Shown here one piece after another: positions 39,139 to 49,234 of a DNA stretch of 64,000 nucleotides. This DNA is from Acidobacteriota bacterium (lineage in GTDB: Bacteria; Acidobacteriota; UBA890; WLXD01): positions 2,336,001 to 2,400,000 of the forward strand of contig CBDBHB010000009.1 in assembly GCA_965205505.1 (NCBI GenBank). The letters are read 5' to 3'. Under the pieces are notes generated by a model that saw only the letters and a program-made list of their open reading frames with translations, did no database searches and was not told the origin of the DNA. The position numbers and the translations under genes were made by a program. The number at the start of each line of letters is the position of its first letter. Position 1 is the stretch's first letter.

Positions 39139-40893
39139 ATGGTGTGTCGCTCGTTGGGAGTCGTCGTGGTTGCTGTGACCGTCATGGCTGGGCTGGTGCT
39201 GGCTGCCGACGGTCGCGAGGGCGGAGTGCGCCTCCAAGCAACGAGACCCGCCGACATCGTCTTTCGTAACGGCGACGTGTACACGGTCGATGCCGCACGG
39301 ACGTGGGCGCGTGCCGTCGCCGTGGCCGGCAACCGCATCGTCTACGTTGGTCCCGATGCCGGAGCGGAGGCGTTCGTGGGTACCGACACCCGGGTCGTCG
39401 ACCTGGATGGACGCATGCTCATGCCCGGCTTCCAGGACTCGCACGTGCACCCGAGCGGTCAGAGCCTCGACCTTGCGCGGCTCGACAATATGGTCGATAG
39501 CACCGAGGTGCTGCGGACGATCCAGGAATACGCGGATGCGAATCCGGACCGAGCGTGGATTCTCGGCGGCGGCTGGCTCGAAGCGGCGTTCAAGCCCTCG
39601 GGGGTACCGACGCGGCAGATGCTCGACGAGGTTGTGCGCGATCGTCCGGCGCTGATGACCAACGCCTCGGGACACCAGGGGTGGGCGAACTCGAGGGCGC
39701 TCGAGATCGCCGGGATCACCGCCGATACCCCAGATCCACCCAATGGTCGCATTGATCACGATGACGAGGGCGAGCCCAGCGGGATTCTTCAGGAAGCGGC
39801 GCAGGGCCTGGTGCGGCAGCACATCCCGCCAAGCACGCACGAGTTCCGTATCGAGTCGCGCCGAGCAGCATTGCGGGAGATGGCCAGGCTGGGAATCACC
39901 GCGATCGTCGACGCCTCCTCGTCGCCGGCGAGCGAGGCGGAGTTCGCCGAGCTCGAGGATGCCGGAGAGCTGACGGTCCGCGCGGTGGCCTGTCAGCGCT
40001 ATAGCCCGCAGCGCGACGACGAGGAGCAGATCCGCGATTTCATCGCTCGCCGCACAGCGCTCGGCGACGGCCAGCTTCGCGCCACCTGCGTGAAGATTGG
40101 CCTCGACGGCATCATCGAGCACCACACGGCCTCGGTACTGGAACCCTTCGTCGATCGAGACGACGGATATCGCGGCCCCATATTCGTGGAGCCGGAGCGC
40201 CTGCGCAGGGTCGTCACCCGGCTGGATGCCGAGGGTTTCCAAGTCCACATCCACGCGATCGCCGATCGTTCCGCGCGCCAGTCGTTGAACGCTATCGAAC
40301 AGGCCCAGCGGATCAACGGAACCGGCGGCGGCCGCCACCATCTGGCACATCTGCAGCTGCTCGACCCGGAGGACATGCCACGCCTGCGTACCCTGGGCGT
40401 GACCGCTAACATGACTCCCCTTTGGGGCAGGGGCGACGACTGGGAGACCGTGTTCGCCGTCCGGGTGCTGGGCCCCGAGCGCAGCGAGCGGCTTCTTCAG
40501 CACAACTCCATCATCGGCGTCGGCGCAAACCTCGTGTGGGGCACGGATTGGCCGGTGACCAGCCTGGTCCCGGTGGAAGGTTTGGAGACCGCTGCTACCC
40601 GTCGCTACCTAGGTGGACTCGATCCGTATGGTGAGCCCGATCAGTCGTGGCTACCCGAGGAGCGCATCACGCTCGGCGACGCCATCGCCGCCTACACGAT
40701 CTCTGGCGCCTTCCTTTTGTTCGAGGAGGACGAGCGCGGCTCCATCGAGGTCGGTAAGCTGGCCGACTTGGTGGTGATGGAGAAAAACTTGTTCGAGATA
40801 CCGCTGCTCGAGATCCACGAAGTCGCCGTCGACATGACGGTCTTCGACGGCCGGGTGGTGTTCGACCGCGAGACGTCGCCGGCGAGAGACTAG
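39139..40893 (+). CDS. Amidohydrolase-3 (YtcJ-like), secreted
   Basis: PGFQDSHVH, KIGLDG, HIHAIAD, LAHLQ, GTDWPV, GSIEVGKLADLVV. Confidence 0.88.
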   Translation: MVCRSLGVVVVAVTVMAGLVLAADGREGGVRLQATRPADIVFRNGDVYTVDAARTWARAVAVAGNRIVYVGPDAGAEAFVGTDTRVVDLDGRMLMPGFQDSHVHPSGQSLDLARLDNMVDSTEVLRTIQEYADANPDRAWILGGGWLEAAFKPSGVPTRQMLDEVVRDRPALMTNASGHQGWANSRALEIAGITADTPDPPNGRIDHDDEGEPSGILQEAAQGLVRQHIPPSTHEFRIESRRAALREMARLGITAIVDASSSPASEAEFAELEDAGELTVRAVACQRYSPQRDDEEQIRDFIARRTALGDGQLRATCVKIGLDGIIEHHTASVLEPFVDRDDGYRGPIFVEPERLRRVVTRLDAEGFQVHIHAIADRSARQSLNAIEQAQRINGTGGGRHHLAHLQLLDPEDMPRLRTLGVTANMTPLWGRGDDWETVFAVRVLGPERSERLLQHNSIIGVGANLVWGTDWPVTSLVPVEGLETAATRRYLGGLDPYGEPDQSWLPEERITLGDAIAAYTISGAFLLFEEDERGSIEVGKLADLVVMEKNLFEIPLLEIHEVAVDMTVFDGRVVFDRETSPARD

Positions 40894-40982
40894 CGTTACG
40901 CCGCCGATGCTAAGATACGCCCGCGCCGCAGCCCAGGTTCCACGCGGCGCCTCGATTCTGGACTTCGCTGTCGGACTGACGA

Positions 40983-41735
40983 TTGAGCGTTCGAGACCAG
41001 CTGACGCGGTTAGCAAGCTTGCAGGACGCGGAGCTACGGCTCGGTCAGATCGAAGAGGAGCTGGCGAGCTTGCCCGGCCAGCGCAGCGAACGTCAGCTGC
41101 GCGTCACCGAAGCCAAGGCGAGCATCGCGGCGGCCGAGGCGGAACGAGAGGAGAGTCTCAAGACGCACCGTCTGCGAGAAGGTGAGCTGCAAGACGTCGA
41201 GGGCAGGATCGACAAGTATCGCGAGCAGGAGATGCTCGTGCGGACGAACACCCAGCTATGGGCCATACAAGCGGAGATCAATCAGGCACAGAAGGCGGCC
41301 GGCAAGGTCGAGACCAAGATTCTCGAGGAAATGGAGCGGGCCGACCAGCTCGAGTCGGAGATCCAGCGTCGAGGGGCAGACCTCGAGGAGATCGAGCGCC
41401 TGACTCGATCGGAGATTGAAGGCATCGACCAGCGCCAGGCCGAGTTGGAGATCGATCGTGCCAAGCTCACCACCGACGTCCATGACCTCCGGATCACCGT
41501 CGACGCGGATCTGCGCGCGCGTTACGAGCGCATCAAGGGGCGCCGCGGCGGCGTGGCGATCGGGGAGGCGGTTGATGGGACCTGCCAGGCGTGCAACGTC
41601 CGCCTCCGTCCGCAGCTGTGGCTCGAGGTGTTGAACATGGAAACGCCCGTGCAGTGCGACAACTGCCAGCGGATCCTCTTTGCGCGCGATGCCCTGGAGC
41701 TGCCCTCGTCGATCAAGGTAGCAATCGACGATTGA
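40983..41735 (+). CDS. Coiled-coil C4 zinc-ribbon protein (DUF164)
   Basis: Long coiled coil, YERIK, CQAC...CDNCQRIL. Confidence 0.88.
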   Translation: MSVRDQLTRLASLQDAELRLGQIEEELASLPGQRSERQLRVTEAKASIAAAEAEREESLKTHRLREGELQDVEGRIDKYREQEMLVRTNTQLWAIQAEINQAQKAAGKVETKILEEMERADQLESEIQRRGADLEEIERLTRSEIEGIDQRQAELEIDRAKLTTDVHDLRITVDADLRARYERIKGRRGGVAIGEAVDGTCQACNVRLRPQLWLEVLNMETPVQCDNCQRILFARDALELPSSIKVAIDD

Positions 41736-42154
41736 GAGCTGGCGATCGGATATTCGTTGCGCATATTGACGGTGCGTCGCGCGGCAACCCGGGCCACGCC
41801 GCCTATGGGGTGCGCGTGTGCGACGCTGCCGGCGTAGAAGTAGCGAGACTCGGGGAATATCTCGGCCGGCAAACTAATAACTACGCCGAGTACCAGGGCC
41901 TGATCGCGGCGCTGCGCTGGGCGCGAGACAACGGTGTCGAGGCGTTCGTGGTGCGCTCCGACTCGCAGCTCTTGGTGCGCCAAATGCAGGGTCGCTACAA
42001 GGTCAAGAGCGCCACCCTCCGGCCGCTGTGGCAACAGGCATCTGAGCTTGCGGCCTCGCTCGGCGAGTTCCGCCTCGAGCATGTGCGGCGCGAAAGCAAC
42101 GTCGAGGCCGATGCGCTCGCCAACGACGTGCTCGACGCACGCGCGGCCGACTAG
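41732..42154 (+). CDS. Ribonuclease HI family
   Basis: DGASRGNPG, TNNYAEY, SDSQL, HVRRESNVEADALAN; TTG start overlapping previous stop. Confidence 0.9.
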   Translation: MRAGDRIFVAHIDGASRGNPGHAAYGVRVCDAAGVEVARLGEYLGRQTNNYAEYQGLIAALRWARDNGVEAFVVRSDSQLLVRQMQGRYKVKSATLRPLWQQASELAASLGEFRLEHVRRESNVEADALANDVLDARAAD

Positions 42155-42161
42155 TGTTGCG

Positions 42162-42208
42162 CCCCAACTCCCCGTAACCAGGTCCACCAAACTTCCACCA
42201 CGGCCTGT
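42162..42208 (+). repeat. Dispersed intergenic repeat, copy D (long form)
   Basis: CCCCAACTCCCCGTAACCAGGTCCACCAAACTTCCACCACGGCCTGT; close match to reverse complement of copy E. Confidence 0.88.
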
Positions 42209-42210
42209 GC

Positions 42211-42930
42211 TCAGCGCGTCAGCGCGATTCCCGACAGCATCCGTCCGGCGTCGTCGCCGTCTCGACGGTAGGAATGGAAGTTGCCGGGCTCGGAGAGCGT
42301 GCAGCGTCCGCAGGCGTGCACACGTGACGGATCGACGCCGCACGCTTGCAGTTGGAATCTTGCAGCACCTACGAGGTCGCACAGCCACGTTCGGTGCGGC
42401 GCACCTTCCTGGGTGGTTTCGTCACGAGGCTCGCGAAATACGCTCATCGGCAATCCGGCGGCACGAAACGACGTTGCGACGTCGTTGCCCACGCGATACG
42501 CGTCAGCGCCGATACACGGACCTAGCGCGACGACACAGTTTCGCGGTTCGGTGCCGAACTCGCGCACCATCGCGCCCATCATTGCTGGTAGCACCCCGAG
42601 CGCTACGCCGCGCCAGCCAGCGTGGGCTGCGCCGATGGACCGGGTTGTGGCGTCGAACGTCAGCGCGGGCAGGCAGTCGGCGGTCGCGATCGCGAGCGTG
42701 ATATCACGGCGCCGCGTGATCAGCGCGTCGCCGGACGGACGCTCCTCGACGGTTGTGCTTTGGAACTGCTGTAGCTCGGTGCTGGGGTCGATCAGTAGTA
42801 CTTCGGACCCGTGCACTTGGCGCAAGCGAACCGCGGGCGAGGGAAGATCGCCGTGCAACGTTCCCTGACGCAGCTCGAAGCCGTGGGCAGTGGCCAGCGC
42901 CGGTAAGCGCAAGACGCCTGACGCGACCAT
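42211..42930 (-). CDS. pgeF: Peptidoglycan editing factor PgeF / YfiH family
   Basis: QVHG, GDALIT, TADCLP, AHAGWRG, LGPCIG, CT..FHSYRR..GRM. Confidence 0.9.
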   Translation of the reverse strand: MVASGVLRLPALATAHGFELRQGTLHGDLPSPAVRLRQVHGSEVLLIDPSTELQQFQSTTVEERPSGDALITRRRDITLAIATADCLPALTFDATTRSIGAAHAGWRGVALGVLPAMMGAMVREFGTEPRNCVVALGPCIGADAYRVGNDVATSFRAAGLPMSVFREPRDETTQEGAPHRTWLCDLVGAARFQLQACGVDPSRVHACGRCTLSEPGNFHSYRRDGDDAGRMLSGIALTR

Positions 42931-42933
42931 TCC

Positions 42934-44667
42934 TCAGCTCGTTGCTGCCAGCGATTGCGGTACCTCGGCGGCGATGTCCGCCGCCTTACGCCATTGGTTG
43001 GCTAGGGCCGGAATTCCCGGCCCAACGCGCAGATGGCCCCATGGCGTCGGTTCGAGGGGGTCGCGCTGGCGCAGAAACTCCTCCATCGGGACACCGTGCA
43101 TTGCCGACCAGGTGCGGAAGGCCTGGGCCCATTCACCACAGTGAAGCCACTCCTCGAGCAAGTCGGCGACACGACGATCACCCCGTGACATCACCGCCTG
43201 AATCTCGGCAGAGCGCGGTGGCATGGCGTCGATGACCAGGTTGGGGACTCCGGCGGCGCGCCGACGCAGCCACTTGAGCTTGGCTCGGTAGGTGCGTCTG
43301 TCGATCTGCGGCGCCCACTGCAGCGGTGTTCCGGGTTTGGGAATCAGGCAATTGATCGACATCGTGATCGTGCCGATGCGGCCGCGAGCACGGCCCTCCT
43401 CGATCATGATGTCGCGCATCCTCTCGCCCAGCTCGACGATGGCCTCGAGATCGCTCTCGGTCTCGCCGGGAAGCCCGATGATGATGTAGTTCTTCAAGTT
43501 CAATGCACCCGCCCGGAAGATCATGCGGGTCTTGGCGAGGATCTCTTCGTTGCTGATCTTCTTCATGATCAGCCGGCGCATGCGGTCGCTGCCGGCTTCA
43601 GGGGCGATCGTGATCGTCCGCTGCCCCGACTCGACGACGGCATGCAGCAACGGCTCGCTGAGGGTGGAGATGATGAGGCTCGGACTGAAGACGCGGAATC
43701 CGCGCTCACGCAAGCCCGCGGCGATGGCCTCGATCTCCGGATGGTCGAGCAACGCGGTTGCTACCAGTCCTACCCGGTCGGTATGTTGCCGCCAGGGCTC
43801 CACGGCCTGCAGAACATCATCGACGCCATGCACCCTGAAAGGCAGAATGCTGTAGCCGACCCAGCAATAGCGGCAGCCTTTCGTGCAGCCTCGCGCCACC
43901 TCCACGAGCACCCGATCTCCCAGCTCGCTCTCAGGAGCGAGAATCGCCGTCGACGCAACGCGATCGACGCCGTCGAAGCGCGCCCGAACCTTGGTGATCG
44001 TTGGGTTCGCCGGGGCGCGGGCCTCGAGGGCGGCAAAGCGCGGTGGCTCGCCGGCATCGGCAGATTCGTAGTGCGGCACGTAGAACGACGGCACGTAAAA
44101 GCCGGGCCGGGTGGCGAGCTCCTCGAGCAGCTCATGACGCGACCGTGCCTGGCGCGTCGCGTCAAGCAACGGCGCCAGCAGCTCCTCGCCCTCGCCGAGG
44201 CAACAAACGTCGAGGAACGGCGCCACCGGTTCCGGGTTGATCGACACGGCGGCCCCGCCCATGACCACCAGCGGGTGACGCTCGTCTCGTGCCTCGGCCC
44301 GCAACGGGATGCCGGCCAGCTCGAGTATCCGTAGGATATTCGGGTAGTCGTTCTCGAATGATGTAGAAAACGCCAGTACATCGAAGTCGCCCACCGGCGT
44401 GTTTGACTCGAGACTGAAGAGCCTCGTGCCCGTTCGATCGTAGTCGGGCAGCTCCTCGTAGTCGGGCAGGAAAACACGCTCACAGCGGACGTCAGGATGT
44501 GCATTGGCCTGGCGGTACACGCTGTGCAGCCCGAGGTTCCCCATTCCGACCGCATAGGAATTGGGATACGCAAGCGCCATCCGAAGCTTGGCGTTGCCCG
44601 GCGCAACAGCCGAAACTTCACGTGAAAGTCGCGCACGCGCGCTCTCGTGCAGGTTCATTGTGGACAT
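42934..44667 (-). CDS. Radical SAM protein with B12-binding-like N-terminus
   Basis: YPNSYAVGMGNLG, EVARGCTKGCRYC, APEAGSDRMR, IIGLPGET, PKPGTP. Confidence 0.85.
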   Translation of the reverse strand: MSTMNLHESARARLSREVSAVAPGNAKLRMALAYPNSYAVGMGNLGLHSVYRQANAHPDVRCERVFLPDYEELPDYDRTGTRLFSLESNTPVGDFDVLAFSTSFENDYPNILRILELAGIPLRAEARDERHPLVVMGGAAVSINPEPVAPFLDVCCLGEGEELLAPLLDATRQARSRHELLEELATRPGFYVPSFYVPHYESADAGEPPRFAALEARAPANPTITKVRARFDGVDRVASTAILAPESELGDRVLVEVARGCTKGCRYCWVGYSILPFRVHGVDDVLQAVEPWRQHTDRVGLVATALLDHPEIEAIAAGLRERGFRVFSPSLIISTLSEPLLHAVVESGQRTITIAPEAGSDRMRRLIMKKISNEEILAKTRMIFRAGALNLKNYIIIGLPGETESDLEAIVELGERMRDIMIEEGRARGRIGTITMSINCLIPKPGTPLQWAPQIDRRTYRAKLKWLRRRAAGVPNLVIDAMPPRSAEIQAVMSRGDRRVADLLEEWLHCGEWAQAFRTWSAMHGVPMEEFLRQRDPLEPTPWGHLRVGPGIPALANQWRKAADIAAEVPQSLAATS

Positions 44668-44883
44668 CGTCCGTGGATGATCGCGGATCGGCCCGACCGA
44701 TCGCTGACAAGGAGTGGGCCCTATTGTAGCGGCCCGTTGGCGCGCGACATGCGTGGGAGTCAGATCGGACGATCTCGGCGCCACGGCTCTTCGACGATGG
44801 CTAAAGGATCGCCATCCTCATCGCACCTTGAGCTTGCCCCCTTCTCGGCCCAGCTATTTGCAACGGATTCCTGACTCAGGACA

Positions 44884-46140
44884 CTAGCTGCGTGAGGTTT
44901 CTTGGCGCAAGAACGCAGGGACCTCGAGGTCATCCTCCTCCAGGTCGAACGCCTTGTACGCTGCGGCCGGCGTGTCCGGTGCCGGTTCCGCTGTCTCGGT
45001 TGCGAAGAAGGTCGCGTTCGCCGGGCGAGTGGCCGGAGTGACGGCGTCGCCGTGTGCCAGGACGGCATTATGCATGTTCGGGCAGGGCTCGAAGCCGGTG
45101 GCGATTACCGTGACCTTGATGGTCCCCTCGAGCGCCTCGTCGATGACCGCGCCGAACAGTATGTTGGCATCTTCGTCGGCCGCCGCGTGAATGATCGTCG
45201 ACGCCTCGTTCACCTCATGCAGCGTCATGCTCGGACCGCCCGAGACGTTGATCAACACTCCGCGGGCGCCGTCAATGGTGGTGTCTTCGAGCAACGGCGA
45301 GTGAATCGCGGCGTGGGCTGCTTCGGCGGCGCGCTTGTCGCCGTCGCGCATTGCCGTGCCCATGATCGCCATGCCCATCCCTGACATCACCGTGCGCACA
45401 TCGGCGAAGTCGAGATTGATGAGGCCGGGGACGAGGATGAGATCAGCGATGCCCTGCACCCCCTGATGGAGTACCTGATCGGCGTGGCGGAACGCGTCGA
45501 TCAGCGGGGTCTCAGGCGATACGGTAGCTAGCAGGCGGTCGTTGGGGACCGCGATCAGCGTGTCGACAGCTTCCTGCAATTCCTTAAGCCCGAGGTCCGC
45601 TTGCATCATCCGGCGGCGGCCCTCGAAGCTGAACGGCTTGGTCACCACGGCAACGGTGAGGGCGCCGAGCTCGTTGGCCAACCGTGCGATCACCGGAGCG
45701 GCCCCGGTGGCAGTTCCACCGCCCAAGCCCCCAGTGATGAATACCATGTCCGCCCCCTCGAGTGCGGCAACGATACGATCTGTGTCCTCGAGCGCTGCCT
45801 GTCGACCGATCTCGGGGTTGGCGCCGGCTCCCAACCCGCGCGTCAGGTTGGTGCCGAGCTGCAACTTCGACGGAGCCGTATTCGACTCGAGCGCCTGCAC
45901 GTCGGTGTTGGCAGCGATGAACTCCACGCCCTTGAGCCCAGCCATCATCATGCGGGTGATGGCGTTGCCGCCGCCGCCGCCCACGCCGACCACCTTGATG
46001 TACGCGTTGTGACGCATCGAATCTCCTGGCAGCAGAGCCATGGGGTGGTCTGAGGGAAGCGGGTCGGAACTTGCCGGCACGGCATCGTACGTGCCTGAAT
46101 CCTCGAGCTCCGGCTGCTGTTCTCGCCGATCGTCGGTCAT
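44884..46140 (-). CDS. ftsZ: Cell division protein FtsZ
   Basis: [35 protein letters not shown]-terminal EVPAFLR. Confidence 0.97.
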   Translation of the reverse strand: MTDDRREQQPELEDSGTYDAVPASSDPLPSDHPMALLPGDSMRHNAYIKVVGVGGGGGNAITRMMMAGLKGVEFIAANTDVQALESNTAPSKLQLGTNLTRGLGAGANPEIGRQAALEDTDRIVAALEGADMVFITGGLGGGTATGAAPVIARLANELGALTVAVVTKPFSFEGRRRMMQADLGLKELQEAVDTLIAVPNDRLLATVSPETPLIDAFRHADQVLHQGVQGIADLILVPGLINLDFADVRTVMSGMGMAIMGTAMRDGDKRAAEAAHAAIHSPLLEDTTIDGARGVLINVSGGPSMTLHEVNEASTIIHAAADEDANILFGAVIDEALEGTIKVTVIATGFEPCPNMHNAVLAHGDAVTPATRPANATFFATETAEPAPDTPAAAYKAFDLEEDDLEVPAFLRQETSRS

Positions 46141-46189
46141 TCCCGTACCCTCCCCAAACTCCACGGTTCAGTTGGCTAGCGGCGCATCC

Positions 46190-47428
46190 TCAAAACAAGT
46201 CGGCGAGCCAGCGCGCGAAACGACCTCGCACCCGACGAATGAACACCGGGTCCCGTACCTCGAATCGCGACGCTACACCAATATTGCGATGGCCATACAG
46301 GGCCAGTCCCACGGCGGTTGAGTAACCGGCTCCCGACACCAAGTCGACCAGACCGGTCACTTCGTTGGGGATCCCGACACGCACCGGCAGCCCGAACCGC
46401 TGCTCAGCCGTTTCTGCAAGTCCCTCGAGCAAAGCGCCGCCCCCTGTAAGCACGATGCCGGCGTGGAGCACGTCTGCAAACCCGGAGCGGCGAATGTCAT
46501 CGCGCACCATGTGGAGAATCTCCACTGCTCTCAGTCTAAGGATCTCACAAAGTTGCCTTCGAGGCACCAGCGATGAGGCACGCCCTCCGATTCCCGGTAC
46601 CTCGACCGACTGATCGTCGGGAACCAGGTCGGGGAGCACGACGCCATGGCGAACCTTGATCTTCTCCGCCTCGGGAAGTGGGGTCTTGAGCACCACCGAG
46701 ACGTCGTTCGTGAAGTTCTCGCCGCCGACAGGAAATACCGACGTGTGGCACACCGCGCCGCTCTGGAAGCAAACCAAGTCGGTAGTGCCACCACCGATGT
46801 CGATGAGGGCGACCCCGAGCTCGCGCTCGTCGCGCGACAGCACGGCCTCGTTGGCAGCCAGCGCCTCGAGCACCACAGCCTGTACCTCGATGCCGCCCCG
46901 ATTGGCGCAGTTCACCAGGTTCTGTATTGCCGACACCGACGCCACCACCAAATGGAGGCTTACCTCCAAGCGTTTCGCCGACATGCCGAGCGGATCGATG
47001 ATGTTGTCTTGCCCATCGACGAGGAACTGCTGCGGAAGCAGATGAACGATCTCTCGGTCGCCCGGAAGATCGAGGTCGCTGGCGGCGTCAATAACGCGTC
47101 GGATGTCGTCTTCGGTCACCTCTCGGGCGCGGCTGTCGAGGCCGATCGCGCCGCGGCTGTTGAAGCCGCGCACATGGTTGCCGGTGGCGCTGACCCAAGC
47201 TCGATCGACGCTCACGGCGGCCATCAGCTCGGCCTCTTCGACGGCCGCCTTGATCGACTCGACCGTGCTCTCGATGTCGACCACCACGCCCTTCTTCTGC
47301 CCGCGTGAGGGCGCCAGGCCTACGCCCACCACCTCGAGCTCGCCGTCTGGATGCGCCTCCGCGATCACCGCGCATACCTTGGTCGTGCCGATGTCGAGAC
47401 CGACGATGTAGCGTTCAAGGCGGGCCAC
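46190..47428 (-). CDS. ftsA: Cell division protein FtsA
   Basis: GLDIGTTKV, IDIGGGTTD, VLTGGG; position before ftsZ. Confidence 0.96.
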   Translation of the reverse strand: MARLERYIVGLDIGTTKVCAVIAEAHPDGELEVVGVGLAPSRGQKKGVVVDIESTVESIKAAVEEAELMAAVSVDRAWVSATGNHVRGFNSRGAIGLDSRAREVTEDDIRRVIDAASDLDLPGDREIVHLLPQQFLVDGQDNIIDPLGMSAKRLEVSLHLVVASVSAIQNLVNCANRGGIEVQAVVLEALAANEAVLSRDERELGVALIDIGGGTTDLVCFQSGAVCHTSVFPVGGENFTNDVSVVLKTPLPEAEKIKVRHGVVLPDLVPDDQSVEVPGIGGRASSLVPRRQLCEILRLRAVEILHMVRDDIRRSGFADVLHAGIVLTGGGALLEGLAETAEQRFGLPVRVGIPNEVTGLVDLVSGAGYSTAVGLALYGHRNIGVASRFEVRDPVFIRRVRGRFARWLADLF

Positions 47429-47433
47429 CGTCG

Positions 47434-48285
47434 CTAGTCCTCGGTTCCGGTGTCCGTTTCAGGCGCGCGCACCACCACCATGTCTCGGTATCGCAGATCG
47501 ACGACCGCGCGGTTAGGCAGCGGTCGGCGCGTCGCCAGCGCGTGCAGGTTGTCGAACTTGATCTGCAAGCGCGAAGCGTCGCCGACCTGCAGCGTAAGTA
47601 GCGGACCGGCAAGCACCAGTACGACACCGGTAGGCTCAAGCCGCACGTAGGCAACCTGGCCGAACAGGTCGCGGCGTGTCTGGCGTAGCCAGTCGACGAT
47701 CATGACAGCGTCGTCGAAGAACGCTACGCCGGGGGCATGGCGGGGGACCTTGCGCGTCGCATCGAGTGCCGGCCGCACGGCAGTGGTCATCCGTAGGCGC
47801 GGTAGGCTGCGGTCGGACTGCGGATCGGGGCCGAGCAATACGCCGTCTTTGGATACCAGCCAAGCGCCGTCCGGGGCGTGCAGTCGGCCCCAGGGACCAC
47901 GCAACGAGACCTCCACCTCCAGCGTTTCCGGTAGCAACCGCCGAACGCGCGCCGTATGCACCTGCGGGATGCTCTCCACACGCGCCCGAAGGGGATCGAG
48001 ATCGAGCATCAGTAGGTTGCGACCCAGCACCGGCTCGAGCTGCTGACGCACGACATCGCGGATGCGCTCGGGCACCGCGTCCACGGCCAGCTCGCGCAAG
48101 ACGAAGCGGTCGCTGCTGGCGGCGTAGCCGTAGCCGGCATAGGCGAGCCCGCCGCCGAAGGCGATACCTGAGGCCACCAGCATGAGTTGCCCGAAGATCG
48201 CCAGGTTGCTCCGCCGGCGTAGTGCTGGGCGATTGTGCACCGAGCGCAGGAACTGCGGGGCGCGTTTTCCGCTCGTCGCTACCAT
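47434..48285 (-). CDS. ftsQ: Cell division protein FtsQ/DivIB
   Basis: Single TM, POTRA-like VRRLLPETL, C-terminal VDLRY; position. Confidence 0.85.
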   Translation of the reverse strand: MVATSGKRAPQFLRSVHNRPALRRRSNLAIFGQLMLVASGIAFGGGLAYAGYGYAASSDRFVLRELAVDAVPERIRDVVRQQLEPVLGRNLLMLDLDPLRARVESIPQVHTARVRRLLPETLEVEVSLRGPWGRLHAPDGAWLVSKDGVLLGPDPQSDRSLPRLRMTTAVRPALDATRKVPRHAPGVAFFDDAVMIVDWLRQTRRDLFGQVAYVRLEPTGVVLVLAGPLLTLQVGDASRLQIKFDNLHALATRRPLPNRAVVDLRYRDMVVVRAPETDTGTED

Positions 48286-49232
48286 CGACGGATCTCCGAC
48301 TGTAGAAGCGTGCCGCTATGGTCATGAACCCGCGAGATCACGCAGTCGATCAGCTCTTCGATGTCGTGCGCGCTGGCATGGCCGAGGTTGACGATGAAAT
48401 TGGCGTGGCGATCGGACACGACGGCGTTGCCGACGCGTAGCCGCTTGCAGCCGGCATCATCGATCAGCTGGCCGGCGCTGTCGCCGTCGGGAGGATTGCG
48501 GAAGATACAGCCTGAGTTGCGCGCCCCAACCGGCTGTCGTTGGCGCTTGCGCCGCTGCAGCTCGTCGTACCGTTCGGTGAGCCGGCTGGCGTCGCCTTGT
48601 TCGACGCGCACGCCCACCGCGATGATTGTCCACGGGGCGGAAACGCTTGGCAGGGTCAGGCTTCTGTATGCCCACACTAGGTCGGCAGCTTCGATTCGAT
48701 GTGCCTCGCCGCACGAGCTCACGACATCGATGTCGACGGTGCAACATCGCATGTCACCACCCCAGCAGCCGGCGTTACCGGCAGCCGCACCGCCGATCGT
48801 TCCGGGTAACCCCGCCGACCACACCAGCCCGTGCAGCCCTCGAGCGATGGTGTAGCGCAACGCTCGCGCCGTCGGCAGGCTCGCCGGAACCCGTAAGACG
48901 TTGCCGTCAAGCCACAATCGGTCCGCGGCACGCGCCATGTTGATGACTGGCGCAGCGACACCCTCGTCGGCCACCAGCAGGTTGCTACCGCCACCGAGCA
49001 CGTGCCACTGGAGCTGGCGCGAGCCCATCCACGCGACCATGGCACGGATATCTTCCTGATGTTGCGGCCATAGCATGATCGGACATGGGCCCCCGACGCC
49101 CATCGAGGTGTGGCAGGCTAGCGGCTCGTCGCGCACAAAGCGCCAGCTGCCCGCATGTGCCGCACTTTCCATTGCTCGGATCGCCGTCTTTGTCCAGGAG
49201 GCGCCTTCGATCGGGGGCCGGATTGCCAACAT
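48279..49232 (-). CDS. murB: UDP-N-acetylmuramate dehydrogenase
   Basis: LGGGSNLL, PGTIGGA..NAG, SGCIFRNP, HANFIVN. Confidence 0.94.
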   Translation of the reverse strand: MLAIRPPIEGASWTKTAIRAMESAAHAGSWRFVRDEPLACHTSMGVGGPCPIMLWPQHQEDIRAMVAWMGSRQLQWHVLGGGSNLLVADEGVAAPVINMARAADRLWLDGNVLRVPASLPTARALRYTIARGLHGLVWSAGLPGTIGGAAAGNAGCWGGDMRCCTVDIDVVSSCGEAHRIEAADLVWAYRSLTLPSVSAPWTIIAVGVRVEQGDASRLTERYDELQRRKRQRQPVGARNSGCIFRNPPDGDSAGQLIDDAGCKRLRVGNAVVSDRHANFIVNLGHASAHDIEELIDCVISRVHDHSGTLLQSEIRRW

Positions 49233-49234
49233 CT

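Noticed and set aside
1356-40503. Many long antisense or alternate-frame ORFs (e.g. 5556-6833, 9248-10501, 14668-16068, 39037-40503)
   Set aside because: Shadow ORFs expected at high GC; low-information sequence overlapping well-supported genes.
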